Source of the DNA: an uncultured Bacteroidaceae bacterium
Lineage (GTDB): Bacteria; Bacteroidota; Bacteroidia; Bacteroidales; Bacteroidaceae
Direction: 5' to 3'
DNA length: 64,000 bases
Assembly: GCA_964570685.1 (NCBI GenBank)
Contig: CAZMZC010000011.1
Location: 866-64,865, forward strand
Numbering within the stretch: position 1 is the stretch's first letter; each line of letters begins with the position of its first letter. Made by a program: the position numbers and the translations under genes. Shown here in pieces: positions 47,691 to 57,062 of this stretch. The notes beneath the pieces were generated by a model. It saw nothing but the letters and a program-made list of their open reading frames with translations, did not search any database and was not told where the DNA came from.

Positions 47691-47700
47691 AAGATAAGGA

Positions 47701-47769
47701 AAAAAGTCCTACCTTCGTGTAACCTTTCGGCTAGTTGTCTTGTCTAATTGGCGGTGACACCAAAGAAAA
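47701..47769 (+). promoter_or_regulatory. 69-bp direct repeat, copy 1: ECF-like promoter/leader before the OM-barrel gene
   Basis: 66 of 69 identical to 50655..50723. Contains GTAACC (47719..47724), a 17-nt spacer, then GTCTAA (47742..47747), followed by an A-rich leader up to the ATG at 47800. Confidence 0.55.
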
Positions 47770-47799
47770 ACGAACAAAACAATTCGGACAACGACAATT

Positions 47800-50643
47800 A
47801 TGAGACACCATAAAACATCCTTAGTGGCTTTACTGCTACTATTCTCTACATTTGCCCACGCCAATGATATGCTCACATTGCGCGGAAAGGTTATTGACAA
47901 TCGCACTCGCAAGGATTTGGTTGGAGCCACCGTACAGATACTTTCCGCCGACAGCACCTTCATTGCCGGTTGTATGGCACAGTGCGACTGGATAGATGGC
48001 AACGAGAAATGGCAGACGGCAGACTTTACACTGAACATCCCTAAGCAAAAGGGAACGTATATCCTACGTGCCGACTTCCTGGGTTATGAGACATCATACA
48101 TCACTCTCTCCCTAAACACGCTGGGGCGTAGGGAATACAATCGCGACCTCCCGCCCATATATATGAAGGAGAAGGCAAAGGAGCTGGGCGAAGTGACCGT
48201 CAGTGCCAGCAAGGTGACGTTCTACTACAAGGGCGACACGGTGGTATACAATGCCGATGCGTTTGTTGTCTCTGAGGGTTCGATGCTCGATGCCATCATA
48301 GCACAAATGCCAGGCGTGGAGCTACGCTCGAATGGCGACATCTACCATAATGGCCGAAAGGTGGAGAACTTACTGCTGAACGGTAAGGAGTTCTTCCGTG
48401 GCGACAATCGGGTGATGCTTGACAACCTACCATCCTACACCGTGAAGCAAATTAAGGTATATGACAAGTTGGGCGACTTGAGCGAATTTCTCGGTCAGGA
48501 GTTGATTGGCGACAAGCAGTATGTAATGGATGTGCAGCTGAAAAAGGAGTACAACGTAGGTTGGATTGCCAACGCCGAGGTGGGAGGCGGAATAGCCGAT
48601 GCCGTATACACGGGCGATAGTCCCTATCTGGTTCGTCTCTTTGCCATGCGCCATAGCGACCGTACACGCTTCACGGCATACGGCAATGTAAACAATCTGA
48701 ACGACAAGCGCAAACCAGGCAGAAACGATGGATGGTCGCCCGATGCAATGATGGGAGGAATACGTAAAGAGGCTACAGGCGGTATCGACTACTATGCTGA
48801 TGACAACGACAAGAAGTGGAAGGTAAACGGCAATATCCAGCTGTCGCACACCAACATCGACGAGCAGGAGACCACAAGCCGTACCAACTTCTTGCCCGGT
48901 GGAGATACCTATGAGCGCATTGTCAAGGCTTCGAAGAACACTGCGCTGCAACTGAGCACCAGCCATGCACTGAACTTGAAGTTCTCTCAGCTCGCATTGA
49001 ACATCAAGCCCTCGGCAAGCTATCAAAGGTATAACAATACGCGCTCAACAACATCACAGACCTTTGCCGACACGCTAATAAACAGCTATATATCCAATGG
49101 CCTTACACGTGGCTACCGACTGAATACCGCATTGTCCGCCGATGGAGTGCTGAAGTTCAAGGGCACCTCTGACTTTATGGAACTTACGGCCAGCGCACGT
49201 TACAGCAATGCGCATGATGAGGAGTTCGACCGATATACATTAAAGGTCGGCAGCGATGACAGGGCTTCACAGTATTCTGACCGCTATTTCAACAACCATC
49301 CCGACCATAACTTCTCTTACAATGCGGGAGTGCATTATATTACCCGAATAAACCAACAGTTGAATTTCACATTAGGATACGATTATGAGCATTCCGACAA
49401 TGTACGTCATTCTTCACTCTACCTGTTGGACAAGTTGTATAATGCGACAGACAGTGCCGCCTTATCTTTGGGCGAACTGCCTTCAATGCGCGAGTATGAA
49501 AGTACCCTCGACCCTCGTAATAGCTATACGAGCCATTTAGTGGGCAACAGCCATATTATCACGCCGATGCTACAATACTTCAAGAAAAACGAGCGAGGCA
49601 AGTGGAACGCTTATGCCCGATTCCCCATAACCCTGTCAGCCCGCAATCTTGCCTACAGTCGAGGCGAGATAGACACGCTCATCCATCATCGCACTACATT
49701 GTTCGGTATTAGCGGCAACTACCTTACTTGGGAGAGTCTGGACAAGAAATATAAGGTGTTTGCCTCATATAATATACATTCCTCACTGCCCGATTTGATA
49801 AATATGGTAGATATGTATGATGACACCGACCCATTGAACATCAAAGTGGGGAATAGTGATTTGAAGAATGCATATACACATACCGTACGAATCGTTGGCT
49901 CGAAACAGCTGCACGAAAAGGGAATGGTACACAGTGCGCAGTTTGACTACAAGTCTACAAGCAACGCATTTGCCGTATCCAATATGTATGACAGGGAAAC
50001 CGGTGTGCGCACCAGCAAGACCTACAATGTCAACGGGAACTGGAGCAGCGATGCAGGCTATGGATTCATGGCTATGCTCGGAAAGAACAAGCGCACCATA
50101 TTCGTCTCTACAACACAAGGAACTTTCAGGCAAAGCGTCGACCTTGTAGGTACTACCGCAATGAACCGATTGGAGCAAAGCACTGTACACACAAAGGCTA
50201 TGCAAGAAAAGCTTTCATTGGAGTACAAACGCGAGATGTACAACATAAAGCTGAAAGCCAATGGTAAGTGGAGCAACGTAAGCAGCAAACGAGACGGCTT
50301 CGCTACGCTCAATATCTTTGACGTAGATTATGGAGTCTCGTCCACTATGATGCTTCCCTATAAGATTGGTCTCACCACGGACTTTACTGTCTACACACGC
50401 CGTGGATACAACGACGAGATGTTCAACACCGACCAATTCGTATGGAACGCCCGCCTGACCAAGAGCATCATGAAAGGCAATCTGGTATTTATGCTCGACG
50501 GCTATGACCTGCTGGGTAGCCTCAGCAACATAACCTACACAATCAATGCACAGGGACGTACCGAAGTCAGACGAAACGTATTGCCACGATACGCCATGCT
50601 ACACGTACAGTATAAATTTAATAAACAACCGAAGAAAAAATAG
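47800..50643 (+). CDS. large outer-membrane beta-barrel protein with N-terminal carboxypeptidase-regulatory-like domain (TonB-dependent-receptor-like)
   Basis: 947 aa with a signal peptide (MRHHKTSLVALLLLFSTFAHA). CarbopepD_reg-like start ...LRGKVIDNRTRKDLVGATVQILS... Long beta-rich body ending ...AMLHVQYKFNKQPKKK. Confidence 0.8.
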   Translation: MRHHKTSLVALLLLFSTFAHANDMLTLRGKVIDNRTRKDLVGATVQILSADSTFIAGCMAQCDWIDGNEKWQTADFTLNIPKQKGTYILRADFLGYETSYITLSLNTLGRREYNRDLPPIYMKEKAKELGEVTVSASKVTFYYKGDTVVYNADAFVVSEGSMLDAIIAQMPGVELRSNGDIYHNGRKVENLLLNGKEFFRGDNRVMLDNLPSYTVKQIKVYDKLGDLSEFLGQELIGDKQYVMDVQLKKEYNVGWIANAEVGGGIADAVYTGDSPYLVRLFAMRHSDRTRFTAYGNVNNLNDKRKPGRNDGWSPDAMMGGIRKEATGGIDYYADDNDKKWKVNGNIQLSHTNIDEQETTSRTNFLPGGDTYERIVKASKNTALQLSTSHALNLKFSQLALNIKPSASYQRYNNTRSTTSQTFADTLINSYISNGLTRGYRLNTALSADGVLKFKGTSDFMELTASARYSNAHDEEFDRYTLKVGSDDRASQYSDRYFNNHPDHNFSYNAGVHYITRINQQLNFTLGYDYEHSDNVRHSSLYLLDKLYNATDSAALSLGELPSMREYESTLDPRNSYTSHLVGNSHIITPMLQYFKKNERGKWNAYARFPITLSARNLAYSRGEIDTLIHHRTTLFGISGNYLTWESLDKKYKVFASYNIHSSLPDLINMVDMYDDTDPLNIKVGNSDLKNAYTHTVRIVGSKQLHEKGMVHSAQFDYKSTSNAFAVSNMYDRETGVRTSKTYNVNGNWSSDAGYGFMAMLGKNKRTIFVSTTQGTFRQSVDLVGTTAMNRLEQSTVHTKAMQEKLSLEYKREMYNIKLKANGKWSNVSSKRDGFATLNIFDVDYGVSSTMMLPYKIGLTTDFTVYTRRGYNDEMFNTDQFVWNARLTKSIMKGNLVFMLDGYDLLGSLSNITYTINAQGRTEVRRNVLPRYAMLHVQYKFNKQPKKK

Positions 50644-50654
50644 CCGATGTGAAG

Positions 50655-50723
50655 AAAAAGTCCTACCTTCGTGTAACCTTTCGGCAAGTTGTCTTGTCTA
50701 ATAGACGGTGACACCAAAGAAAA
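50655..50723 (+). promoter_or_regulatory. 69-bp direct repeat, copy 2: ECF-like promoter/leader before the membrane-protein / sigma / anti-sigma genes
   Basis: GTAACC (50673..50678), a 17-nt spacer, then GTCTAA (50696..50701). Starts 12 nt after the OM-barrel stop. Confidence 0.55.
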
Positions 50724-50761
50724 CAGACAAAATGAACAAACAAACTAAAACAACGAACGAT

Positions 50762-51472
50762 ATGAAAAAGTTTTTCAAAGTGCTGCTACTCGCAGCTGTG
50801 GCATTGATGCCGGTGATGGGAATGGCGCAAAACTTCCATTCTCCAGAAGCACAGTTTGAACGCGCAAGACTGAAACAGCAGTATGAGGACTCGGTGGCTG
50901 GAGCGCGACAGGCACAATTGGATATGCACGCCGAAAAGATGGCACAGCTGGAGATTAATGCCCAAATACGAAAAAACAATGCCTTCCGGGGCGAGGATGT
51001 ACTGATTGTACTGATTATAGTTTGTATTATTGCAGCAGGCATTGTCGTTCTCGTCCTCTGCCTGCGCCACTCACGCCGCAAGGCTGAAGACCACAAGGAA
51101 CTTATCAACAAACTTATCGACAATAACCTGCTGAACTCTACCGAGCCTATTAGCAAGGATGCCATCGAGGCGTTGATGAAGCCGAAGAAGACAGAAAAGG
51201 AGCGATTTATAGGCGATGCTACATTGCTGGGACTTGGTATAGGATTATTTTTAGGGTCTAGTGCGATACACGGTGGTCCTGAAGATTTTCTGAGATTTGC
51301 AGGAATGATCCTTGCAAGCTTAGGCCTGCTCCGCCTCATCATCCGTACTATAACTACAATCATTGAGCGTAAAAATGCAAAGCGTGCGCTGGAGAGAAAG
51401 CTAATGGAAGAGGCTGTACGCAGACAGAGAACCGAGACCGTGCAAGAGGCTGAGATTGTAGAGGAGAAGTAA
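50762..51472 (+). CDS. hypothetical membrane protein (signal peptide, coiled region, TM helices)
   Basis: ORF 50708..51472. I prefer the ATG at 50762 (MKKFFKVLLLAAVALMPVMGMAQ); 50732 is also possible. TM segments VLIVLIIVCIIAAGIVVLVLCL and later. No family recognised. Confidence 0.55.
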   Translation: MKKFFKVLLLAAVALMPVMGMAQNFHSPEAQFERARLKQQYEDSVAGARQAQLDMHAEKMAQLEINAQIRKNNAFRGEDVLIVLIIVCIIAAGIVVLVLCLRHSRRKAEDHKELINKLIDNNLLNSTEPISKDAIEALMKPKKTEKERFIGDATLLGLGIGLFLGSSAIHGGPEDFLRFAGMILASLGLLRLIIRTITTIIERKNAKRALERKLMEEAVRRQRTETVQEAEIVEEK

Positions 51473-51486
51473 AATCATATTGTAAT

Positions 51487-51568
51487 CTGAGCAAAGCGAA
51501 GAATCTCTTTTTGGCACTTTTAGAGATTCTCGGACAAACCGAGCGCAAGCATTCTTCGCTTCGCTCAG
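51487..51568 (+). repeat. Nested hairpin element immediately upstream of the sigma-factor ORF
   Basis: Outer stem ctgagcaaagcgaagaat (51487..51504) against attcttcgcttcgctcag (51551..51568), 17 of 18. Inner stem agaatctct (51500..51508) against agagattct (51522..51530). The two left arms overlap by 5 nt. Confidence 0.8.
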
Positions 51569-51569
51569 G

Positions 51570-52172
51570 ATGACAAAACCGAATGGCCCTAATTTAGAAT
51601 TCAGAATTCAAAATTCAGAATTAAACACCGTGTCTACTCCCGAAGAAATACTCCTGATCTCCCGTGTGCTGCTCCTGAACGATGAGCGGGCATTCGGCCG
51701 TCTGATGAAGCGGTACCTGCGCCCCGTGCGCCACTACTTCCTCATACAGACGGGCGGCGATGAGGCGCTGAGCGACGACCTCACGCAGGAGACCTTCATC
51801 CGGGTGTGGCGCGGGCTCGACACCTACAAGCGGCTCTCGGCATTCGGCACGTGGGTATACCGCATCGCCTTCAACACCCTGCAGAACCACATCGCAGGAG
51901 CCAAGCACCACCTGCGCCTCGACGACGAACACGTGGCCCATACCCTGCAGACGCTGACCACCGAAACGGACTACAATGCCGAAGAGATTGCCGCCCTGCA
52001 CCGCGCCATAGCCCTGCTCAGCGAAGGCGAGAAGACCTGCATCACCCTCTTTTACCTGGAGGAGATGAGCATCAAGGAGATAGCGGCCGTGACCGAGATG
52101 TCGGTCCCTGCTATCAAGACGGCCCTGAGCCGCGGACGAAACCATTTACGAACCCTACTGACCGAAGAATGA
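51570..52172 (+). CDS. ECF-type RNA polymerase sigma-70 family factor
   Basis: 200 aa. Region 2 ...LTQETFIRVWRGLDTYKRLSAFGTWVYRIAFNTLQNH... and region 4 ...LFYLEEMSIKEIAAVTEMSVPAIKTALSRGRNHLR... The start is uncertain: the first 20 codons are a word repeat, and an in-frame GTG at 51630 is an alternative. Confidence 0.85.
   Translation: MTKPNGPNLEFRIQNSELNTVSTPEEILLISRVLLLNDERAFGRLMKRYLRPVRHYFLIQTGGDEALSDDLTQETFIRVWRGLDTYKRLSAFGTWVYRIAFNTLQNHIAGAKHHLRLDDEHVAHTLQTLTTETDYNAEEIAALHRAIALLSEGEKTCITLFYLEEMSIKEIAAVTEMSVPAIKTALSRGRNHLRTLLTEE
51590..51626 (+). repeat. Heptamer CAGAATT word repeat in the annotated 5' end of the sigma ORF
   Basis: taatttagaattcagaattcaaaattcagaattaaac. Shares the 14-mer cagaattcaaaatt with the block inside rlmI (58781..58819). 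Confidence 0.9.
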
Positions 52173-52249
52173 CTATTATAATATAGATGTTTACCTATAT
52201 GCAAAATGTACGATTAACTTAGAAGATTCACGCAAATGTTTTTTTATTT

Positions 52250-52382
52250 CACACAGATCTCACAAATCTCACAGATGGCGCGTCGCTTCGCCCGCGCTTG
52301 TCGGCTTTGCCGAGTGTACACATCCCGGAGGGAAGCACGAGCGATAGCAAGTGCTCTTCGTGAGATTTGTGAGATCTGTGTG
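52250..52382. repeat. Perfect 23-bp inverted repeat flanking an 87-nt GC-rich structured loop, between the sigma and putative anti-sigma genes
   Basis: cacacagatctcacaaatctcac (52250..52272) against gtgagatttgtgagatctgtgtg (52360..52382). The loop holds small hairpins (gcgcg..cgcgc, cggc..gccg, gcac..gtgc). Confidence 0.9.
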
Positions 52383-52483
52383 AGACAAAAAATTCAGCGT
52401 GAAAGAAGCCTTTCAAATCGTACGGTTCGATATAATTTGTATCACCTTACTCTATTAGGAGGAGAATAAAAAAGAAGAAAATT

Positions 52484-52870
52484 ATGAACAGCGAAGACAG
52501 ACAGATAAGAGCATTGCTGCAGAAGGCAGACACCACGAGTAGCGAGCACGAAGCCCAGTTGCACGCCCGCATCATGCGCCAACTCCCCTCACGCGGCCTG
52601 CGCCGCATATACGTGGGCCTCATCTTCGCCCTGCTGTGGGGAGGCGCTCTCGCCCTGCTCATCTGCTACTGGCAGCCTATAGCCACATCGATACTTGCCG
52701 TAGCATCCTCGCTGCTCGACCATCAGTTGCCCACCATAGAGACCTTCACCACCTTTGCCCTCTGCATAGGCGGCATCGTGCTCGTCGCCACGCAGAGCCA
52801 CGATGTGATGAACGAATACTACGAACGCGAAATACGCAGCATGCTCGATGAGTATGTGAAGATGGGGTGA
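52484..52870 (+). CDS. small membrane protein, putative anti-sigma factor partner
   Basis: 128 aa with two predicted TM helices (IYVGLIFALLWGGALALLICY and FALCIGGIVLVAT). Assigned by position downstream of the ECF sigma. No motif recognised. Confidence 0.45.
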   Translation: MNSEDRQIRALLQKADTTSSEHEAQLHARIMRQLPSRGLRRIYVGLIFALLWGGALALLICYWQPIATSILAVASSLLDHQLPTIETFTTFALCIGGIVLVATQSHDVMNEYYEREIRSMLDEYVKMG

Positions 52871-52939
52871 AGAATCTAATCCCAAAGACAAAGGGCGCAC
52901 TTGATGGTGCGCCCTTTTATGTCATGAAGTATAAATGTA

Positions 52940-53869
52940 TTACTCTGCCAAGAACTTCTCTACCTCGAGAGCTGCCTTGCAACCGCTGCCTGCGGCTACG
53001 ATGGCTTGGCGGTAGCGCGGGTCGGCCACGTCGCCAGCGGCATATACACCAGGCACGTTGGTGGCAGGCGAAGCGCCTTGGGTGATGATGTAGCCAGTCT
53101 CGTCAGTGTCGAGGTACTCACGGAAGATCTCGGAGTTGGGGTTGTGGCCGATGGCGAGGAAGAGGCCGTCGATGGCGATGTCGTAGTGCTGTTCATCGGC
53201 TTCGCCCTTGCGACGTACCACGTGGGCACCCTCGACGCCATTGTCGCCGAAGAGGCCGGTGACGTTGTGCTCGAAGAGTACCTCAATCTTGGGGTTCTGC
53301 ATCACGCGGTCCTGCATGATTTGGCTGGCACGGAGGTAGTTCTTACGCACGATGAGGTATACCTTGCTGGCGAGCCCGGCGAGGTAGCTGGCCTCCTCGC
53401 AAGCAGTGTCGCCACCGCCCACTACGGCTACCACCTTCTTGCGGTAGAAGAAGCCGTCGCAAGTGGCACAGGCGCTGACACCCATACCGGCATATTTCTT
53501 CTCATCGTCGAGTCCGAGGTACTTGGCCGATGCGCCTGTGGCGATGATGATGGTCTCGGCTTCAATCTCTGTGCCGTCGTCTACGGTGACGTGGAAGGGG
53601 CGTTGCGAGAGGTCGGCCTTGGTGATGATACCGCTGCGTAGGCTGGCACCGAAGCGCTCGGCCTGGAGGCGCAGGTCGTCCATCATCTCGGGACCGCTGA
53701 TGCCCTTGGGGTAGCCGGGAAAGTTCTCGATTTCGGTAGTGATGGTGAGCTGTCCGCCCGGTTGCAATCCTTCGTAGAGGATGGTGGGGATGTTTGCTCT
53801 ACCTGTGTAGATGGCCGCCGTGTAGCCGGCAGGGCCTGAGCCTATGATAAGGCATTTGGTCTTTTCCAT
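52940..53869 (-). CDS. trxB: thioredoxin-disulfide reductase
   Basis: 309 aa. FAD site IIGSGPAGYTAAIY, redox-active CATC (GVSACATCDGFFY), NADPH site VVGGGDTACEEA. Confidence 0.95.
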   Translation of the reverse strand: MEKTKCLIIGSGPAGYTAAIYTGRANIPTILYEGLQPGGQLTITTEIENFPGYPKGISGPEMMDDLRLQAERFGASLRSGIITKADLSQRPFHVTVDDGTEIEAETIIIATGASAKYLGLDDEKKYAGMGVSACATCDGFFYRKKVVAVVGGGDTACEEASYLAGLASKVYLIVRKNYLRASQIMQDRVMQNPKIEVLFEHNVTGLFGDNGVEGAHVVRRKGEADEQHYDIAIDGLFLAIGHNPNSEIFREYLDTDETGYIITQGASPATNVPGVYAAGDVADPRYRQAIVAAGSGCKAALEVEKFLAE

Positions 53870-53909
53870 TGTGTATATTATTTAGTGTTTAGTGTACCAT
53901 CCGGATGGT

Positions 53910-53960
53910 CGTTAATCGTTAACCGTTAATCGTTAATCGATCACCGTTAATCGATCACCG
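53910..53960. repeat. Heptamer CGTTAAT/CGATCAC word repeat containing the lolA-like stop codon
   Basis: cgttaatcgttaaccgttaatcgttaatcgatcaccgttaatcgatcaccg. The stop codon lies at comp(53955..53957). Confidence 0.9.
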
Positions 53961-54584
53961 CATATCAATCACCTCATCCGCAGGGCTGTCTTTCTCCTGA
54001 TAGGTGAAGGTGTGCTGGGGGAAGGTGAGACCGTTGCGCATGGAGCGCACCTCTATCTTGTATTTACGTTCGTCGGGGAAGACGAGCTCGAGAGCAGCAG
54101 GGGTGCCTTCGTTGTTCAGATAGATATTGAGGTCGGAGAGCTCCTGACGGTCGTTCTTGGCCTTCAGGTGCACCAGATGCAGCAACTTGCCGTTGACAGT
54201 TTTCTCACCTCCATCGGTGGCATCAAAGTTTTCCTGATAACTATCGAGCAGGAGATAGGGATTGATGCTCTGCTGCTCCTCTGGTGTAGGTTCGTTGATA
54301 TACAGCTCGCTATATTCGTTATCGAGCTGCAGTGTCCACTGCGTAGTACCATCGTACCAGATTTTCATTTCATCAGTAAGGAAGCAGAATTTCTTGCCCT
54401 CGATGAGTAATCTGCCACTGAGGCGCACACCATCTTCGTTGATGCGGAAACTGAGATCTACGCCTTTCTGTTCGAACTTGTCGGCCGCTTTCTGGAGCCA
54501 CACCTCGGCAGGTCCTTGGGCCGAGAGGGGCATCGCAAGGAGCATTGCGCAGAGGATGGGAAGTATTGATTTAATTCGTTGCAT
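53955..54584 (-). CDS. LolA-like outer-membrane lipoprotein carrier family protein
   Basis: 209 aa with a signal peptide. Called from size and the conserved Bacteroidetes position between ftsK and trxB. Weak motif-level evidence only. Confidence 0.65.
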   Translation of the reverse strand: MQRIKSILPILCAMLLAMPLSAQGPAEVWLQKAADKFEQKGVDLSFRINEDGVRLSGRLLIEGKKFCFLTDEMKIWYDGTTQWTLQLDNEYSELYINEPTPEEQQSINPYLLLDSYQENFDATDGGEKTVNGKLLHLVHLKAKNDRQELSDLNIYLNNEGTPAALELVFPDERKYKIEVRSMRNGLTFPQHTFTYQEKDSPADEVIDMR

Positions 54585-54638
54585 AGGAAAAACTACGATT
54601 TACGTTTGGCAATTGATGAACGACCCTACAATTACAAT

Positions 54639-57062
54639 TTAGCCATTCAGATTGTTTAGCTTCATCTCCAAATCCATTTCATCGGCACATAGTACCTGGC
54701 GGGGCTTGCTGCCGTCGACGGGGCCTACGATACCCGCTTTCTCCAGTTGGTCCATGATGCGGCCTGCGCGGTTGTAGCCGATGGAGAACTTGCGCTGGAT
54801 GAGCGATGTGGAACCCGACTGGTGCACTACGACTAGGCGTGCCGCATCCTCGAACATGGGGTCGAGGCGCTTGAGGTCGACATCGTCGAGATTACTGCCT
54901 TCGCCTGCATTCTCGTCCACATACTCGGGCAGGTAGAACGCCGTGGGATAGCCCTGCTGCTCGCTGATGTACTTGCCGATGCGCTCCACTTCGGGTGTGT
55001 CGACGAAAGCACACTGCACACGCACGGGGTCGCTGCCCTGAAGGAAGAGCATGTCGCCCTTACCGATGAGCTGGTTGGCTCCGGGGCGGTCGAGGATGGT
55101 GCGCGAGTCAATCATGGCCGATACGCGGAAGGCAATACGGGCAGGGAAGTTGGCCTTGATGGTACCGGTGATGATGTTCGTCGTGGGACGCTGGGTAGCG
55201 ATAATCATATGTATACCCACAGCACGGGCCAGCTGGGCGATGCGGGCAATGGGAAGCTCTACTTCCTTGCCGGCAGTCATGATAAGGTCGCCAAATTCGT
55301 CGATGATGACCACGATGTAGGGCATATACTTGTGGCCCTTCTCGGGGTTGAGTTGGCGGTTGATGAACTTGTCGTTATACTCACGCAGGTTGCGCACACC
55401 GGCTGCCTTGAGCAGGTCGTAGCGGGTGTCCATCTCCACGCAGAGCGACTTGAGGGTCTGCACCACCTTGGTAACATCGGTAATGATGGCATCCTCGCCG
55501 TCGGGGAGCTTAGCAAGGAAGTGCTTCTCGATAGATGAGTAGATGCTGAGCTCCACCTTCTTGGGGTCGACCATCACGAGCTTCAGCTCGGCGGGGTGCT
55601 TCTTGTAGAGGAGCGAGGTAATGATGGCGTTCAGACCGACAGACTTACCCTGACCAGTGGCTCCTGCCACGAGGAGGTGGGGCATCTTGCAGAGGTCAAA
55701 CATGAGTATCTCATTCGTGATGGTCTTGCCGATGGCTACAGGCAGCTCATAGGTAGACTCCTGGAACTTGCGGCTATTGATGACCGAGTACATCGACACC
55801 ACTTGGGGATTGGCATTGGGAATCTCTATACCTATGGTGCCCTTGCCGGGTATGGGGGCGATGATACGGGTACTGAAGGCGGCAAGCGTCAGGGCGATGT
55901 CGTCTTCGAGGTTCTTGATTTTCGAGATGCGCACGCCGGGGGCAGGGGTAATCTCGTAGAGCGTGATGGTTGGGCCCACGGTGGCCTTGATGGAGGATAT
56001 CTCAATGCCGAAGTTGCGCAACGCCTGGATGATGCTGTCTTTCTTGGCATTCTGCTCGTCGCGGTCGACAAGGAAAGCATCATCATTGCCCTTGCTGAGC
56101 AAGTCGATGGTGGGGTATTTGTAGCGTGAAAGGTCGAGCTTAGGATTATAGGGCTCGATAATCTTCTCGGCTACCTCCTCTTCGTTGACCTCGATGGTGA
56201 ACTCAGCCTCTTCCTCCTGCTTATCGGCGGGGATTTGTTCTATTGCTTCGGCGGTGACATCGACAATCTCCAGTTCCATATCCTCCTGGCCATCCGATTC
56301 CTGATTATCTGTGCTCCACTCTATTTCGGTAGGCTGCTCCTCGATACTGAAGGGCACCTCTGCGTTCAGGCTATCGCCCTCCTGCACAGGGCCGTCCTTC
56401 TCCTCCTCATCCTTGCCCGGAAGCAATGACTTGGGATGGAGCAATTTGCGGATAAGTTCTATCGTATTACTTGTGAGGTACATGCAGAACAAGACTGCAA
56501 TCACTGCCAACAGGATGATGATACCGGGCATACCAAACTGAGCCTTGAGCCATTCAGACACATTATGACCATGGTAGCCACCCCAGTAAATACCCGAGCC
56601 TACAAACCAGCGGTCGACGGTAATGCTCAAGAACAAGGAACCCCACACGAGGATGGTGGCGCAGCAGATTCCCCAGTGCTTGAGGTTGAACTTGTAGGTG
56701 CGCATGAGATTGAGTCCCAGTACCAGCATGAATGCAGCTATGCAATAGGCCGAAATACCGAAGCAGCCGTTGATGAGGGTCTGCGCAATGTGTGCACCAC
56801 TGCGCCCGGTAGCGTTCTCCACCTTGTCGGGAGTGGTATTGGCAAGGGCTTCTGTTACGGTCTGTGGCTCCATAGCGCTTTGGTCGGCACCACCATTGAG
56901 GATGAACGAGCTGAAGGCCAGTATCATGTATAGAGCTACCATCACCAGCAGCAGCCCCACAATGAATTGTGCCGTTTCGTTCTTTATTGCAGTGCGGATA
57001 CTCTGTATCCACTTGATCTCTTTCTTCACCTTTTCCTTCTTTGTACTCTTCTGCGTAGCCAT
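54639..57062 (-). CDS. ftsK: DNA translocase FtsK
   Basis: 807 aa. N-terminal TM helices, an acidic linker, a motor domain with Walker A (VAGATGQGKSVGLN), and a C-terminal winged-helix gamma domain (...STSLIQRKFSIGYNRAGRIMDQLE...). Confidence 0.95.
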   Translation of the reverse strand: MATQKSTKKEKVKKEIKWIQSIRTAIKNETAQFIVGLLLVMVALYMILAFSSFILNGGADQSAMEPQTVTEALANTTPDKVENATGRSGAHIAQTLINGCFGISAYCIAAFMLVLGLNLMRTYKFNLKHWGICCATILVWGSLFLSITVDRWFVGSGIYWGGYHGHNVSEWLKAQFGMPGIIILLAVIAVLFCMYLTSNTIELIRKLLHPKSLLPGKDEEEKDGPVQEGDSLNAEVPFSIEEQPTEIEWSTDNQESDGQEDMELEIVDVTAEAIEQIPADKQEEEAEFTIEVNEEEVAEKIIEPYNPKLDLSRYKYPTIDLLSKGNDDAFLVDRDEQNAKKDSIIQALRNFGIEISSIKATVGPTITLYEITPAPGVRISKIKNLEDDIALTLAAFSTRIIAPIPGKGTIGIEIPNANPQVVSMYSVINSRKFQESTYELPVAIGKTITNEILMFDLCKMPHLLVAGATGQGKSVGLNAIITSLLYKKHPAELKLVMVDPKKVELSIYSSIEKHFLAKLPDGEDAIITDVTKVVQTLKSLCVEMDTRYDLLKAAGVRNLREYNDKFINRQLNPEKGHKYMPYIVVIIDEFGDLIMTAGKEVELPIARIAQLARAVGIHMIIATQRPTTNIITGTIKANFPARIAFRVSAMIDSRTILDRPGANQLIGKGDMLFLQGSDPVRVQCAFVDTPEVERIGKYISEQQGYPTAFYLPEYVDENAGEGSNLDDVDLKRLDPMFEDAARLVVVHQSGSTSLIQRKFSIGYNRAGRIMDQLEKAGIVGPVDGSKPRQVLCADEMDLEMKLNNLNG

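Noticed and set aside
46941-47692. ORFs 46941..47306 (+) and 47426..47692 (-) within element C. Likewise 1136..1378 and 1507..1740 in element A, and 24712..25689 in element B.
   Set aside because: They run through word-repeat arrays and hairpins, have no signal or domain features, and overlap promoter boxes. They are better explained as non-coding repeat sequence.
52236-52469. 77-aa ORF (…ISQISQMARRF…REICEICVR…).
   Set aside because: The palindromic peptide pattern is produced by translating the perfect 23-bp inverted repeat. No start context or conservation argument.
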